Source: Camelus dromedarius
Taxonomy: Eukaryota
Direction of reading: 5' to 3'
Length of the DNA stretch: 64,000 bases
Assembly (NCBI RefSeq): GCF_036321535.1
Contig: NC_087447.1
Coordinates: 33,978,001 to 34,042,000 of the forward strand
A program made the position numbers and the translations under genes. The notes below the pieces were generated by a model. The model did not search any database and had not been told where the DNA came from. It worked only from the letters and a program-made list of their open reading frames with translations. Shown one piece after another: positions 25,501 to 37,500 of the stretch. Position 1 is the stretch's first letter; each line of letters opens with the position of its first letter.

Positions 25501-28500
25501 ACTAGGGGGCAATGCCGCATCTCCTCCTGGCAAGGCTGGGCCTGTTGGAGGGGCTGACTGGAAGCTATGGTGAGACCTGATGGCAGCAGGGTCTTGGTAC
25601 TGCCTACCTCCCCCTGGACAGCCTTTCCAGAACTCAAAGCAGCTAAGCCCTTGCCAAGGTCATAAGGTAAGAAGTGGAGTCCCCAGATCAGGCTCTGGAA
25701 AGGCTGCCTCTCCAGCACGAGCAAGGACGTTCAGACCCCACTTTCACAGCCATGCCCACAAGGCCTTCTTTTAAGTTGAGGTCCAAGGAGCTGGGCTGGC
25801 CTTAGCTCTGTCTATCCTTGGTGAGAACCAAAGGGGGGCCTCTGATGTGTAGCTTGAGGCTGGAGCATAGACAGAACCCCCTCTGGGTTAGTGCCTCCTT
25901 GGGCAGGAGGCCTTTATTCAACAGTGCCCACGACGTCTTCCAAGCATGTTCTTGGTCACTCCCCGTCCCACCCAGAAGATACATCCGGTCAAAGGAGCAC
26001 GTGGACGAACTGAGAGGAAGCAGAAATGAGGGGGTGGGAATGGTGCCGCTCCCCCACCTGCAATTCCTTCTGCTTCTTTTGAGATGCCTGGGTTTCCCAG
26101 GGGCGCCTGCCTTCTGCAGTCTTAGAAGCCACTGATGACAAGAGAGAAGGGCTTCTGAAAAGAAACAGAGCCCAAGAAGCCAGCAGGCGGGAGATACTTC
26201 TATTGGCCCAAGAAAATAGGGGTGACTGGATGGCTGTTTGGGCTTGTGGTAGTAACAGATCCATTTGATGAAAGACTAAATAAATTATGGTGAATTTACC
26301 CAGGCCAGTGAATTTATCTACCTAGAGAGATTCTGCCGCAAAGATGTGAAATCTTTCATATCATTTTTAAAAAAATAAAGGCCACATTCGATAAAACAGA
26401 AATGCTGTTATCAATGGGGGAAAAAGGTGAAGGGGATTAAGAAGTACAGACTTCTAGCTGTGAAGTAAGTAAGTCACAGGGATGCAACGCACAGCACGAG
26501 GAATACAGTCAGTAACACTGTAATAACCGTACGGGGACAGATGGTAACTAGACTTACCATGGTTTCATAATGTATAAGAATATCAAATCACTGTTGTATA
26601 CCTGAAACTAATATAATATTGTATGTCAATTATAATTTTTAAAAAAAGAAAAAAATGCCTATTAACAATCTTCAGACACTGCTAACTAAGGATTTGGGGT
26701 CAGTCAACAGACTTGCCTAATTTCTTGCTACTCTCTGCCTTCATAACCGCTTATATTTGAACACGGCAGCTCGAATTTGCAGCCTACATGCTCCAGTTCA
26801 ATGAACTACCAGTGACCAGAGGCGCACTCTTCCTTTCTAGCTCTGCTTGTCCTGAATGTCTCTGAAGGCCGTCAGTGCTGCTGCACTTGCAGAGACAAAG
26901 CCGTCGAACATGCGCCCGGCTCAGCTAAACGAGCACCAACGACCAGCCCGGACTGAAGCCATTAACGCGTACCGTCACACACGTGTGTGCGGGCATGCGT
27001 GTACCACGCCCCCCGGTCCTCCGACAGCATCTTGTGTCTCCCACTGCCCGGTACCAAGGAAACAGCCCTCAGGAACCTGGCTGCTAAGCTGGGTCCTGGA
27101 TGAGTCAGTCCTGCGTGATGCCTGCTAATTACTCAGAGCGGTGCTGAAAACTGACAGACTTCTCAGGCTGCCTCCAGGCTCAACAATAAAACTGTTATAA
27201 ACTCCAGTTTACTGCTAAGCTCCTAATATTAAGCCCGGGGCTGAGTGAGAAGTAAAGGATTCGGGCTTTCCAGCTGCGGCAGGGCAGGAGGGACGGGCAG
27301 CCGTGTGGGGCCCAGGGTCACCTGTCGGGGTCCCGATGTCAGGCAGTGAGCACCATGGGGCCCAGGGCTGAGAACCTGCGGCCTGGCTGCAAATCCCAGA
27401 TTCTTCAAGTTTCACTTCGTGACCTTGGGCAAGTCACTTACTCTCTCTGAGCCACAATTTTCTCTTAAAAAAATGGAGACCAAAAAGAAAAAAATCTCTG
27501 TCCAAGTCCAAGGACTAATACAGAGCTTGAACCAAAGAGCAGCCACGAGAAGACTCTGCGGAGTGTGAAGCGCTACCTGTTCCATTCCTTGTGCTCTTGC
27601 TACACTGAGCTCTTTGCGGCCATGACTTCACTGAGCCCTGGCAACAACTGTCTGTGGTAGGGTACTGTGATTCTCTCTTCTCCCGATGAAGATACTAGGG
27701 CACAGAGAGGCTGAATGACTGGCTTAGGGTCACACAGCTAACAGGGGCACAGCCAGGATTTGCAGCCCAGTGTGTTCTACACTTTGCTGAACGGATGGCT
27801 TCACAGATGAGGGGCTGTCACGACACGTCAGTCAGATTTCTGAAGGGGGAGAGAAAGACAACTCTTGTGGTCACTAGAACAGTCCCTCGAGCTTAGAGGC
27901 CAGCGGGCAGTGAGCTTCTCACCTGGAGTCCTTCTCTGACAGCTTCCAGGAGATAGGGGATGATGGAGTAGTTCCACAGGTCCGTGAACCACACCCTGGA
28001 ACCATCCACGTCGATGGGACAGGACAGGAAGAGCCGGGGCCCTGGGGACCACAGGGAACATCAGTCAGACCGAAATGGGGGTGGCCAAGAAAAGCCGGTC
28101 CCAGCGTCCCTCACAGGAAGGACCCTGAATTTTAGGAGTGACAGCAGAAATACCAGCTGCCAGGTGCTGGGCACAGAGCAGACTGCTTGGACTCCCTAAC
28201 CCCACCTGGGACCTCGCTCCTCTCGGAAATCATCCCAAAGAGAGAGGAGGCTTTATGGAGAAAGGTGTCCATTGCAGTATATTAATCCTGACCTTTGAAA
28301 ATGGAAGCACACAAAATGTCCAAGGGAACAGAAACGGTTAAGGAAGTGATGGTACCTCCACATTCGATTACTTTGCAGAGCAACACAGAATGCTCATGAG
28401 ACAAGGCAAAGTGAAAAAGTAAAAAGAACATACTGTGTGTACACTCTGAGTGCAACTACATAAAACATGTACGGACAAGGACGGGGAAGATAAACGCGAA

Positions 28501-31500
28501 TTACATGATTACATCAGGATGGTGGGATGATCGGTGATCTTTTTTTCTCTGAAGCCTAAGCTTCAGGAATGTTGACAACATCATTTTATTTTTAAAGCAA
28601 AGCCAACCCCACAGGGTGGCTCCCACCTGGGGGAGCCCCAGGGTGGGGGCCCCTCCCTGAGCCGGCAGCAGCCCAGACCGGGCACCTCTCTATGCTGCTC
28701 ATCAGCCCCGGTGTGCTGGGCAGGGAAGGAGGGGCGGAGACACAGCCCGGGAATGCGGGTGACTGGTGGCCTGGGGTCTGTGTGGGGCTGGGACTGTCCC
28801 TCTAACCCTTCTCCATCCCTGTGGCCAGTGCAGCGACTGGCTGACCTGCGGCTGCTCAGTGCCGACCTGGCCAGGGCCCAGGACAGCCATCCGAGGAGGC
28901 CAGACCTCCCCACTCCCAGCCAGCCCGCCTGCCGATGCCCGCCTGGCGCTCCCTACCTATGGTGACGTCCGAGGAGCTGTGAGCCTCCAGGAAGCGGTTG
29001 AGGTGATGCCAGACCTTGGGAATCCAGTCGATGATTTTCACCAGCTCCACATTCCGCACCCGCCCACTGATCTCCGTCTCCATGAGCTTCCGCCTCAGGA
29101 ACCGGCCCAGGAAACCCTTCACGGGCTCCGTGTGGTTGGCACAAAGCACCCACCTGGGGGGAGTCAGGAACGCTTTTCAGTGACAGTGACAATGGCTCAC
29201 CTCATGCACCCAAGCTCATCAGAGCTGGAAGGGGCACATATTAATGCTAAAACTGGACTCTTCCGAACACTGCACATTATACTGACTCACTGTTCCTCAG
29301 AGCAGCCCTGCAACACAGATAAGGCCACAACCTCCATTTTACAGATAGAAATTCTGAGACACAGACAGGTTACGTAACTTGTCCAAGATCAAACTGCCAG
29401 TCAACAGCAGAGCTAAGATGAGAACCAAGACCATCCAACTCCAGGGCCTGAGCTCTAACCACTGACTCAGCTGCCCCCTGTGCTTGTGGCAAGTCCTGTG
29501 CTGGGCTGGGGAGCTGTAACAATGACTGAGACACGGTTCCTATTCCCCAGGAGCTCAGTCTAGTGGAGGAGGCAGATAAGTGGAATGAGACATGACGAAA
29601 CCTGGGCAATCAGGGAAGGCTCCTCGGGGGAGGGGATGCCTGAGCTGAGACCAGAGGGGATGAATGGAGCAGCCATGTGAGGTGGGGTGAGGTGGGCAGA
29701 GAGCAGGCTGCAGATTTGCAGAGGCATGAGAAATAGCCAGAGGTTCCGTGTACCCAGAGTTTAGATTTGACCTGCTAATCCAAGGGGCCTGGATTTCATC
29801 CTGGGGGCGATGGGGCCACTGAAGGACTTCACACATGAAGGTTTACGGTCAGATTTGAATTCTAGAATGTTCATTCCAGTGGGCATTGCCACAGAGGGTG
29901 GCCTGCAGGGGGCTGAGGTGCAGGCAGACATCCTGGTTAGAAAATGACTGCAACAGTGCGCTGGGAGAGGATGAGCAGTGACGGGGGAAGGAGGAGGAGA
30001 AAGGACCAGAGGGACATTCAGGAGGAAGCATGGACAAGATGGGGACAGTCTGGATGCAGATGTGAGCCGTGGTCTTGGTGGTCTTGGTGGCCTGGAGGAG
30101 ACGGTACTTCTCTGATAACTACAATTCAGGTCGACCTTCAGCAGAGATGCCCGCAGAGTAGCCATTGAAAATGGGCCAGGGGGTCTCACCCAGGAGACGG
30201 CTGCTCACCCTCATCTAAGGGCCCAGGCAGGAGAGGAGTATCTGGAGTCAGCTGGGTGTCAGGACAGGGCAAGAGGCATTTAGCAACGGCAAGGCGAGCG
30301 GCCACATGACCTCACATGACACCCCGCCGCGGGAGAGCCCAGTTCGGGGTTGGGGCAAAGGGTTCACAGCGGCTGGAGCTTGAAGGCCACAGACACAGAC
30401 CTCGCTCCATGGGGACCGTCCTAAGCAAGGGCTTTCACTGCTCATGTGCACTTGGGATCAAGAGATGCACCACTGGTGATGGGCAGCATCGCGTGCCTCC
30501 AGCCCCTGCCCAGAGCTGCCGCCCTGGCACCACTAACCCAGAGCTTAGAGTCAGGGACCTGGGTTCAAGTCAGCTCTGCCAATGACTGGCTGCGTGACCT
30601 CACACTCATGAGTCACTTAATTTTCCTTGTTTGTAAACTGAGAAGGATAAATGTAAGGACTTGAGGCTGTTGTGAGAATCAAGTGAGCTAAGCTGGGAAA
30701 AATGCCCATAGTTCCCGGCATGTAACAGGGACTCAAAAAGCGACAGCTTACCTGAAGTTGTGATGTAGCTGCAGGTTGGGAGTGGAAGAGGTAGCCTGGT
30801 TCATTGTGCCAATTATGTAAGGGCTGTGGGAGAGATGAAGGACAAGTAGCTGTGGGAGGTCTCTCAGCGCCCCAGGGCACCTAAGTGTCAGCTGAATGGC
30901 TGCTGGCTGCCACCCCCGCGCCCCCTGTAGCACACGTCTCCCCCGGGGCCAGAAGGTCCAGAGCGGCCTGTACCATCTGTGGTCCTTGCAGTTGAGTAGC
31001 CCATTGAAGATCTCGCCCAGGGAGCTGACGTGATGCAGGTTGTCCAGGATGATGACCAGAGGCATGTCCACAGCGTTGTTCTCACTGGCACACTGGTCCG
31101 CGAGGTTGGACAGGTACTGGCGCAGCTCCTGTGGCGGTCGGGCAGGAGCAAGTGAGTGAACACCCCCACGAAGATGAAGCTGCATATGCTTGGGGTCTTC
31201 CCTCTGCCCGGCCAAAACCGGCAGAGGCCCTTCCCCAGGCCGCGCGGGAAACACATGCTGAGGGCCTGCCTGCTTCAGCTTGGGCTCAGGAGACTCGGGC
31301 GGGCAGGGGAAAGGAAGGCCTGGGTCCTGCCTTCTGGAATTTGCAAGGTAACAGCAAACCTTCAGCCCCGGGCAAGAGCATGGCACCGCAGGGGTGCCCA
31401 GACATGGCTGCGCACCTGCTCTACCACTCTCTAGAAGTGCTGTCACTTTTCTTGATTTATGCCAACCTCCCAGGAAGCTCCTGAGGGCAGGTGCCTCGTA

Positions 31501-34500
31501 CATCTCTGTGCATCCACAGCACTATGAGCCATTTACACTGATGAATCAATACAGCGAAGACCTCCTCCCCTGCCCCCCGATGCACACGCATCCTGCTGAT
31601 GAGCGCTGGGGCAGACGGACAGTGAGTGGTGCAGGGGGCATGGTCTCCTCGCACAGGGGGCCTTGGGAAGTCCAAAGGGTAAGCTCTGGCCTTAACTGTG
31701 AAGAATGGGTGGTGCGTTGTCTGGACCTGGAACTAGAACGCAGCCCAGCACAGCTGGGGTGAGGGGTGTGTCAGAAAAGGAAGGGAAAAAAGAATGTGCA
31801 ATGGGGAAAGGCCAAAACAGTGAGCTAAGGACCAGCGGTGAAGCCAGAACAACTGCCTGATGGTATTATCATGACAATGATGATGGGCGTGACCTTGTGC
31901 CAAGTACTGCTCTAGGGGCCTCACACATAGGAACTTCTGTGGCCCCCGATAAACCTCTGGGGTGGGCACTATGATTCCATTTTACAGATGGGGAAGCTGA
32001 GGCACATCCAAGTCAGGTGACCAGCCTGAGATAGCACAGAAGGTCGGCAGCAGGGCTGGATCTGGACTTGGCATCTGCCTCAGGGTATGCACTTCCCCAT
32101 GGCAGACTGTCCTGCATGCTGGCCTGGTTGCTTGGAATGTCCCATCTCCTCTGCTTCATATAAACACATCGATACACCCAGGCCTCCCTTACAAGTCAAA
32201 ATGCGGCTTGTAGCAATAGAAAAAGCCCAACTCTTCAAGCCATACACAAAAATAAACTCAAAGTGGCTTAAGACTTAAAAGTAAGACACTTAGAAGAGAA
32301 AACAGGCAAAACATTCTCTGACATGAATCACAGCAATGTTCTCCCAGGTCATTTCCCAAGGCAAGAGAAATCTAGGCAAAAATAAACCAACAGGACCTCA
32401 GCAAACTTACAGGCTTTTGCACAGCAAAGGAAACAATAAACAAAACAAGAAGATAACCTATGGGCTGGGAGAACTGGGAGAAAATATTGCAAACTATGCA
32501 ACTGATAAGGGCTTAGTTTCCAGACTATACAAACAGCTCATACCACTCAGTAACAAAAACCACAAACAACCCAATCAAAAAATGAGCAGAAGATCCATAT
32601 AGACATTTTTCCAAAGAAGACATACAGATCGCCGATAGGCACATGAAAAGATGCGTAGCACTGCTAAGTATAAGAGAAATGCAAATCAAAACTACAGTGA
32701 GGTATCACCACACACTGGTCAGAATGGTCAGCATTAAAAAGTCCACAAACAATAAATACTGGAGAGGGTGTGGAGAGTCCTCAAAAAACTAAAAATACAG
32801 TTTCCATATGATCCAGCAATCCTACTCCTGGGAATATATCCAGAAAAAATTAAAACTAATTTGAAAAGATACATGCACCTTAATGTTCACAGCAGCACTA
32901 TTTACAACAGCCAAGACATGGAAGCAACCTAAATGTCCCTCAACAGATAAATGGCTAAAGAAGATGTGATACACACACAAACACACACACACACACAATG
33001 GAATACTACTTAGCCATAAAAAGGATGAAATAATGCCATTTGCAGCAACGTGGATGGACCTAGAGATTATCATACTAAGTGAAGTTAGGCAGAGAAAGAC
33101 AAGTAACATGATATCACTTAAATGTGGAATCTAAAAAAATGATACAAATGACCTTATTACAAAACAGAAACAGACTCACAGGTATAGAAAACTTAAGGTT
33201 ACCAAAGGGGAAAAGGGGGAGTAGAGGAGGGATAAATTAGTAGGAGTTTAGGATTAGCAGATACAAACTACTATATATAAAACAGATAAACAACAAGGTT
33301 CTGCTATATAGCAGAGGAAACTATATTCAATATCTTGTAATGGCCTATAATGAAGAAGAATATGAAAAAGAATATGTATATATGTATAATTGAACCCCTC
33401 TGCTGTACACTAGAAACTAGCACAACACTGTAAATCAACTATACTCCATTAAAAACAAAAAGAAAAAGAAACAGCCCAACTTTTAAAGTTACCAGTCATT
33501 TTTCCTTCTTTTAGTTCCTCTCCACTGTGGGTTCATGGCCTCAGGCACCTGACAGAAACAGGACTCCTGAGGCGTGGAGCCCTCCCTCCCTTATGCAGTG
33601 GGGTACGGTTGGGGAGCTGTGCTCTGTATGAGACTGCGCAGCTGAGGGGAGGGAGAGTGGGGACTGAAACCCAGCCTGGTTCCACGCCCAGTCATGTGCC
33701 TGGGAGCCTGCTCTCACTGGTCCTTAGAGCGAGCCTTCCCTGAGCTTATGCACAGAGGACCTCGATACAGGGGTTCTGACCACTCCCCTCTAGTCCTGCC
33801 TCTACACCTGAGTCACTTGGGGAAGTTGTGCACGGCGGGGATCCCCGGCCCCACAACCCACTGAGAGATCATCAAGGAACGAGGTCTAGGAATCTGCATC
33901 TTCAAGGACACCAGGTGACTTTTCAGGTCAAAGAATCACTGCCAATTCACCTTTGACTCTCCAGCCCCTTTGCAGAGGGCCAGGCAGAGGGAATTACCCA
34001 AATCCCACTGCGTGGATAATAAACAGGTTTGAGAAAATACCTCACAACCCTAGGATGGGACTAGGTCAGACTGTCCAAATGTTTCTATCACTCCCTGTGA
34101 GGCAGGATGGAACCTATTTGCTGGTTCTGGGGTCTAAGACATCGACTTGGGCTCCAGTCTACTTCTTAGGACCATGTCAGTGGGCTTAGGTACATGGCCA
34201 TCTGCCTCGGGCCTCAGTTTCCTCCTCTATAAAATGGGATCATGACAACTACTCCCTCGAAGGTACTGCTGTGGGGTGGCTGATTTGCTGGTCCTGGGGC
34301 AGTCTATAAATGTGGGCTGTTGTTCTTACTGTTACTGTTGTTTTACACAAGGAGGTTTCATTTTGGAAAAACAATAGCACCTACTAGGCACATGATAAAT
34401 TCCTGCTGCTCTGAAGTGGATGCATCTGGGTTGACCTTAAAGTACTGCCATCACTAAGCATCATGCCTGACCCACAGTGAGGAAGTAAGAAACGAATGAC

Positions 34501-37500
34501 CTCGACTTACAGACGGAGCGTCTTACTGGGAAGTTTTGGGTCAAAGCCTTCCTTTCTGCTAGTTTCATTCTGACCTCCTTCTCCAGGCTTCTAAAACCAC
34601 CAAAGGTGAGCATTGTAGGAAACGCTGCTTTGCCATCAGGGTGGCGGCAGCATCAATAGTTCTGAAAGGGCCAAAAAGTGACCCGTGGCTAGGAAGCAGC
34701 CTCCAAATGACCTCCTCACCTTGCTGGACTTGTGGTCCACGTTGAAGGTGGCGATGACCCCGTCTGTCAGCTCCCGTCCCTCCCGGAGTACCAGGTACTC
34801 TGACAGCCGGTTGGCCAGGTAGGTTTTCCCAGTGCCGCTGGGCCCAGAGAGAATGATCCGCCGGTGTTCCACCAGCAGGGAGACATAGCGCTGCAGGATG
34901 GGCTTGGGGATCAGGGACTCAAACACCAGAGAGTCCAGGCTGTTTTCTGCAAGTCCTGCATTTGAGAGAGACAGGAAGTGTTTGCAGCCCTGCAGAGAGG
35001 GTGGGTCTCTGTGCCTGCTTACCTGGACTGCCAAAACCTGAAGCCAGCCCTTTCCCGGGCAGCCCCCTCATCTGAGACCCCCGCCCACCCAGGGACACCG
35101 CAGGCTCCCTGCTCACCAGCACTCCGTGCTCTGGCCCTTGGCTTGGCTGACCTCCTCAGACTCAGATTCACCTTTAATATCTGGACCCTCTGTCCTCATC
35201 CACTCTCTGCACAATTCCTAAGACTGAGAGCCCTGTTTGTCTGTCTGGATTTACCATTACCGATGGTGTTTGCTAAAACTAACATGAATCCCCCATGTCC
35301 ACCCGGATCCTGGGGCTGCCTCTTCACCCTGTCCTCTCCTGCGTGCCAGGTGCACTGCTGCCCACACTCATGGACCAGGAAGGTAGCAACACTCTTATCG
35401 TTAAAATGAGGAAAAACACAAGGATTCAGGGATGTGAATACTGGAAGACCTAGGCTGAAATGCTACCTGCTGAGACATCTGAGCCTCAGCAACATTAAGA
35501 GGAAACATCTTTCCCCGTCCCCCCAGGACAACTTCATTACTCAGCGCTGTTGCCTTTCTTGATATCACTGCCAAGAGAGGATTCAGCCAAGGATATCTGT
35601 CCAGAACCTAAAGTAATTCTATTAAATAAGCACCTCAAAAAACCAGTATATGATTTAGTATCTTGTAATAACCTATAATGGAAAAGAATCTGAAAAAGAA
35701 TATGTATATATTCTATATAGAGAGAGAACATTGAATCACTTTGCTGTACACCTGGAACTAACACAATGTGGTAATCAACTAAATTTCAACAAAAAAGATA
35801 AAAATAAAAATAAATTTAAAAAAAGAAACCAGTATATGTAGGTAAAAAGTAAACTGAAAAGCATTTATTGTTTTATAACAGCATCTTCCATCCACATAAT
35901 TATTCACTGCAAACAGACCCTCCTAATGCATCCATATGCTTATTTCCAATCCTCCACAACTGAGAATAGCTCCTGAATGCAAGGACTGTTCTAGGATTGT
36001 CCTGATGAAGAATCCCAAATGACATCTTCTGGGTACAGGTCTAAAACTTTCCTGGAAGTGGCCTCAACAGAGCCTACAGTGGCTCAAAGCTCAATGCCAA
36101 GTATGGAGGGTGGGGTGTCCTGTTGAAACTTAATAACAAACATGAGGTGGGAATTAAAACTCCCTGAAACCGCTCTCTCAGCATATATGTGGCTGTTTTG
36201 GTCTCTTGACATAATCCGCCCCCCGGGGGTGACTACTTTGCAGACCAACTCACTTCAGAGCACACAAAGCCACAGCCCCTCTCCTGGTTCCACTGAAGTC
36301 AGTCCTCTGCAGCTCACGGATCTCTTTCAGCTCAAATCCTTGAGTGGTTTTTAGTGCCTTGAAGGTCTAAGTGTCAAGTACTACCAGAAGACAGAAGAGT
36401 CGTGTCTTGATTAAAAATAAACCTGCGCTGATCCCTCCAGATGCTAAAACAACCTGATGTGCCGACCCAGCACCAGATCCGGCTCTGTGGTGGGGCGACC
36501 TGTTCCACAGGGGCAGATGGTCTTGTCGCCGTTTCTGCAGAGGTCTGGTCTGGTCTCTGCAGTAGGGCACTCCTTTCACTCTTTAGGGCTTGCAGTGCTC
36601 ACCTGCTCATTGGCATGGATAAAATGCAATGTAAGCTCATGATGAATCCAGCTTTCCTTACAGGGTTCTTGGAGTGGACAGTTGTGGTCAGGGTGTGCTC
36701 GTCAGCCCTCCTTCCTTCCCCTTACAGTGGGACTCTTCTTTCTGATACGGAGTTCATTTCAGGTGGTTCCAGCAGGGCTGACCCCACACCTTCATCCACC
36801 AGGGGCGTGGGCTTGTGAGCACCTTTCCCTGGTCACAATGACTGATTTGGTGATGGGCATTTGACTCACCTAAGAATCACCTCTAAGAATTTTTCTCTCA
36901 CACTTGTCCAGAAAGACACTCCCTTTTTGCTTCCTAAGCTAGCAGGATGAATCAGGGCCACTCATCAGCCATGTGAAGAAAGCTCAAAAAATAAGCGAAG
37001 CTGAGTGAGGGAGGCCTAGTACCGATGGCACTGCCGGAGCACCTGGATCCAGTTATGCCTGAAGTATATTCTGGGATTTTCCAGGTACCTGAGCCTATGT
37101 TTCCTTTTTTTTTTTTTTTGCTGAATTTAGTTTTGAGTAGGTTTCTGGCATCTGTGGCCCGAGGCCACAACTGTGGAATTCGACTTGCTTGCAAGATAAG
37201 GCTTGTGTGAGGCTCAAACAAAAATATGCCACCTGTCGCCAACAGAGTGAGATCGTCATTCCTGCTGATGAGGAATGCTGGGGGTGCTTTTGGAAAACCT
37301 CCCAACCAGGAAACCAAACTTGTATCAAACAACCCCCAAGCCGCACTGTTAAATCTACAGCTGAGATCAGTGTCTTACAGAATAGAAACAAGGCACCTTG
37401 AAAGTTGAGTTTATCAGTCTGTTCGTTCTATGTCTATCATTCTGTTCTGCAGTGTTTATCAGTCTATTCTTTAGGTGGTTCATAAAATACAGGAAAAAGG

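Noticed and set aside
31129..31503. ATG-initiated intronic extension in frame with the Walker-B exon (5' part of the 251-aa ORF)
   Set aside because: Low-complexity P/G/R-rich translation, no promoter evidence, and the unspliced ORF stops at the donor (30748); probably a GC-rich artefact.
30545..32080. Oppositely oriented MIRs flanking two AAA+ exons (circRNA-promoting pair)
   Set aside because: The copies are highly diverged and I could not identify a long complementary stem by eye.
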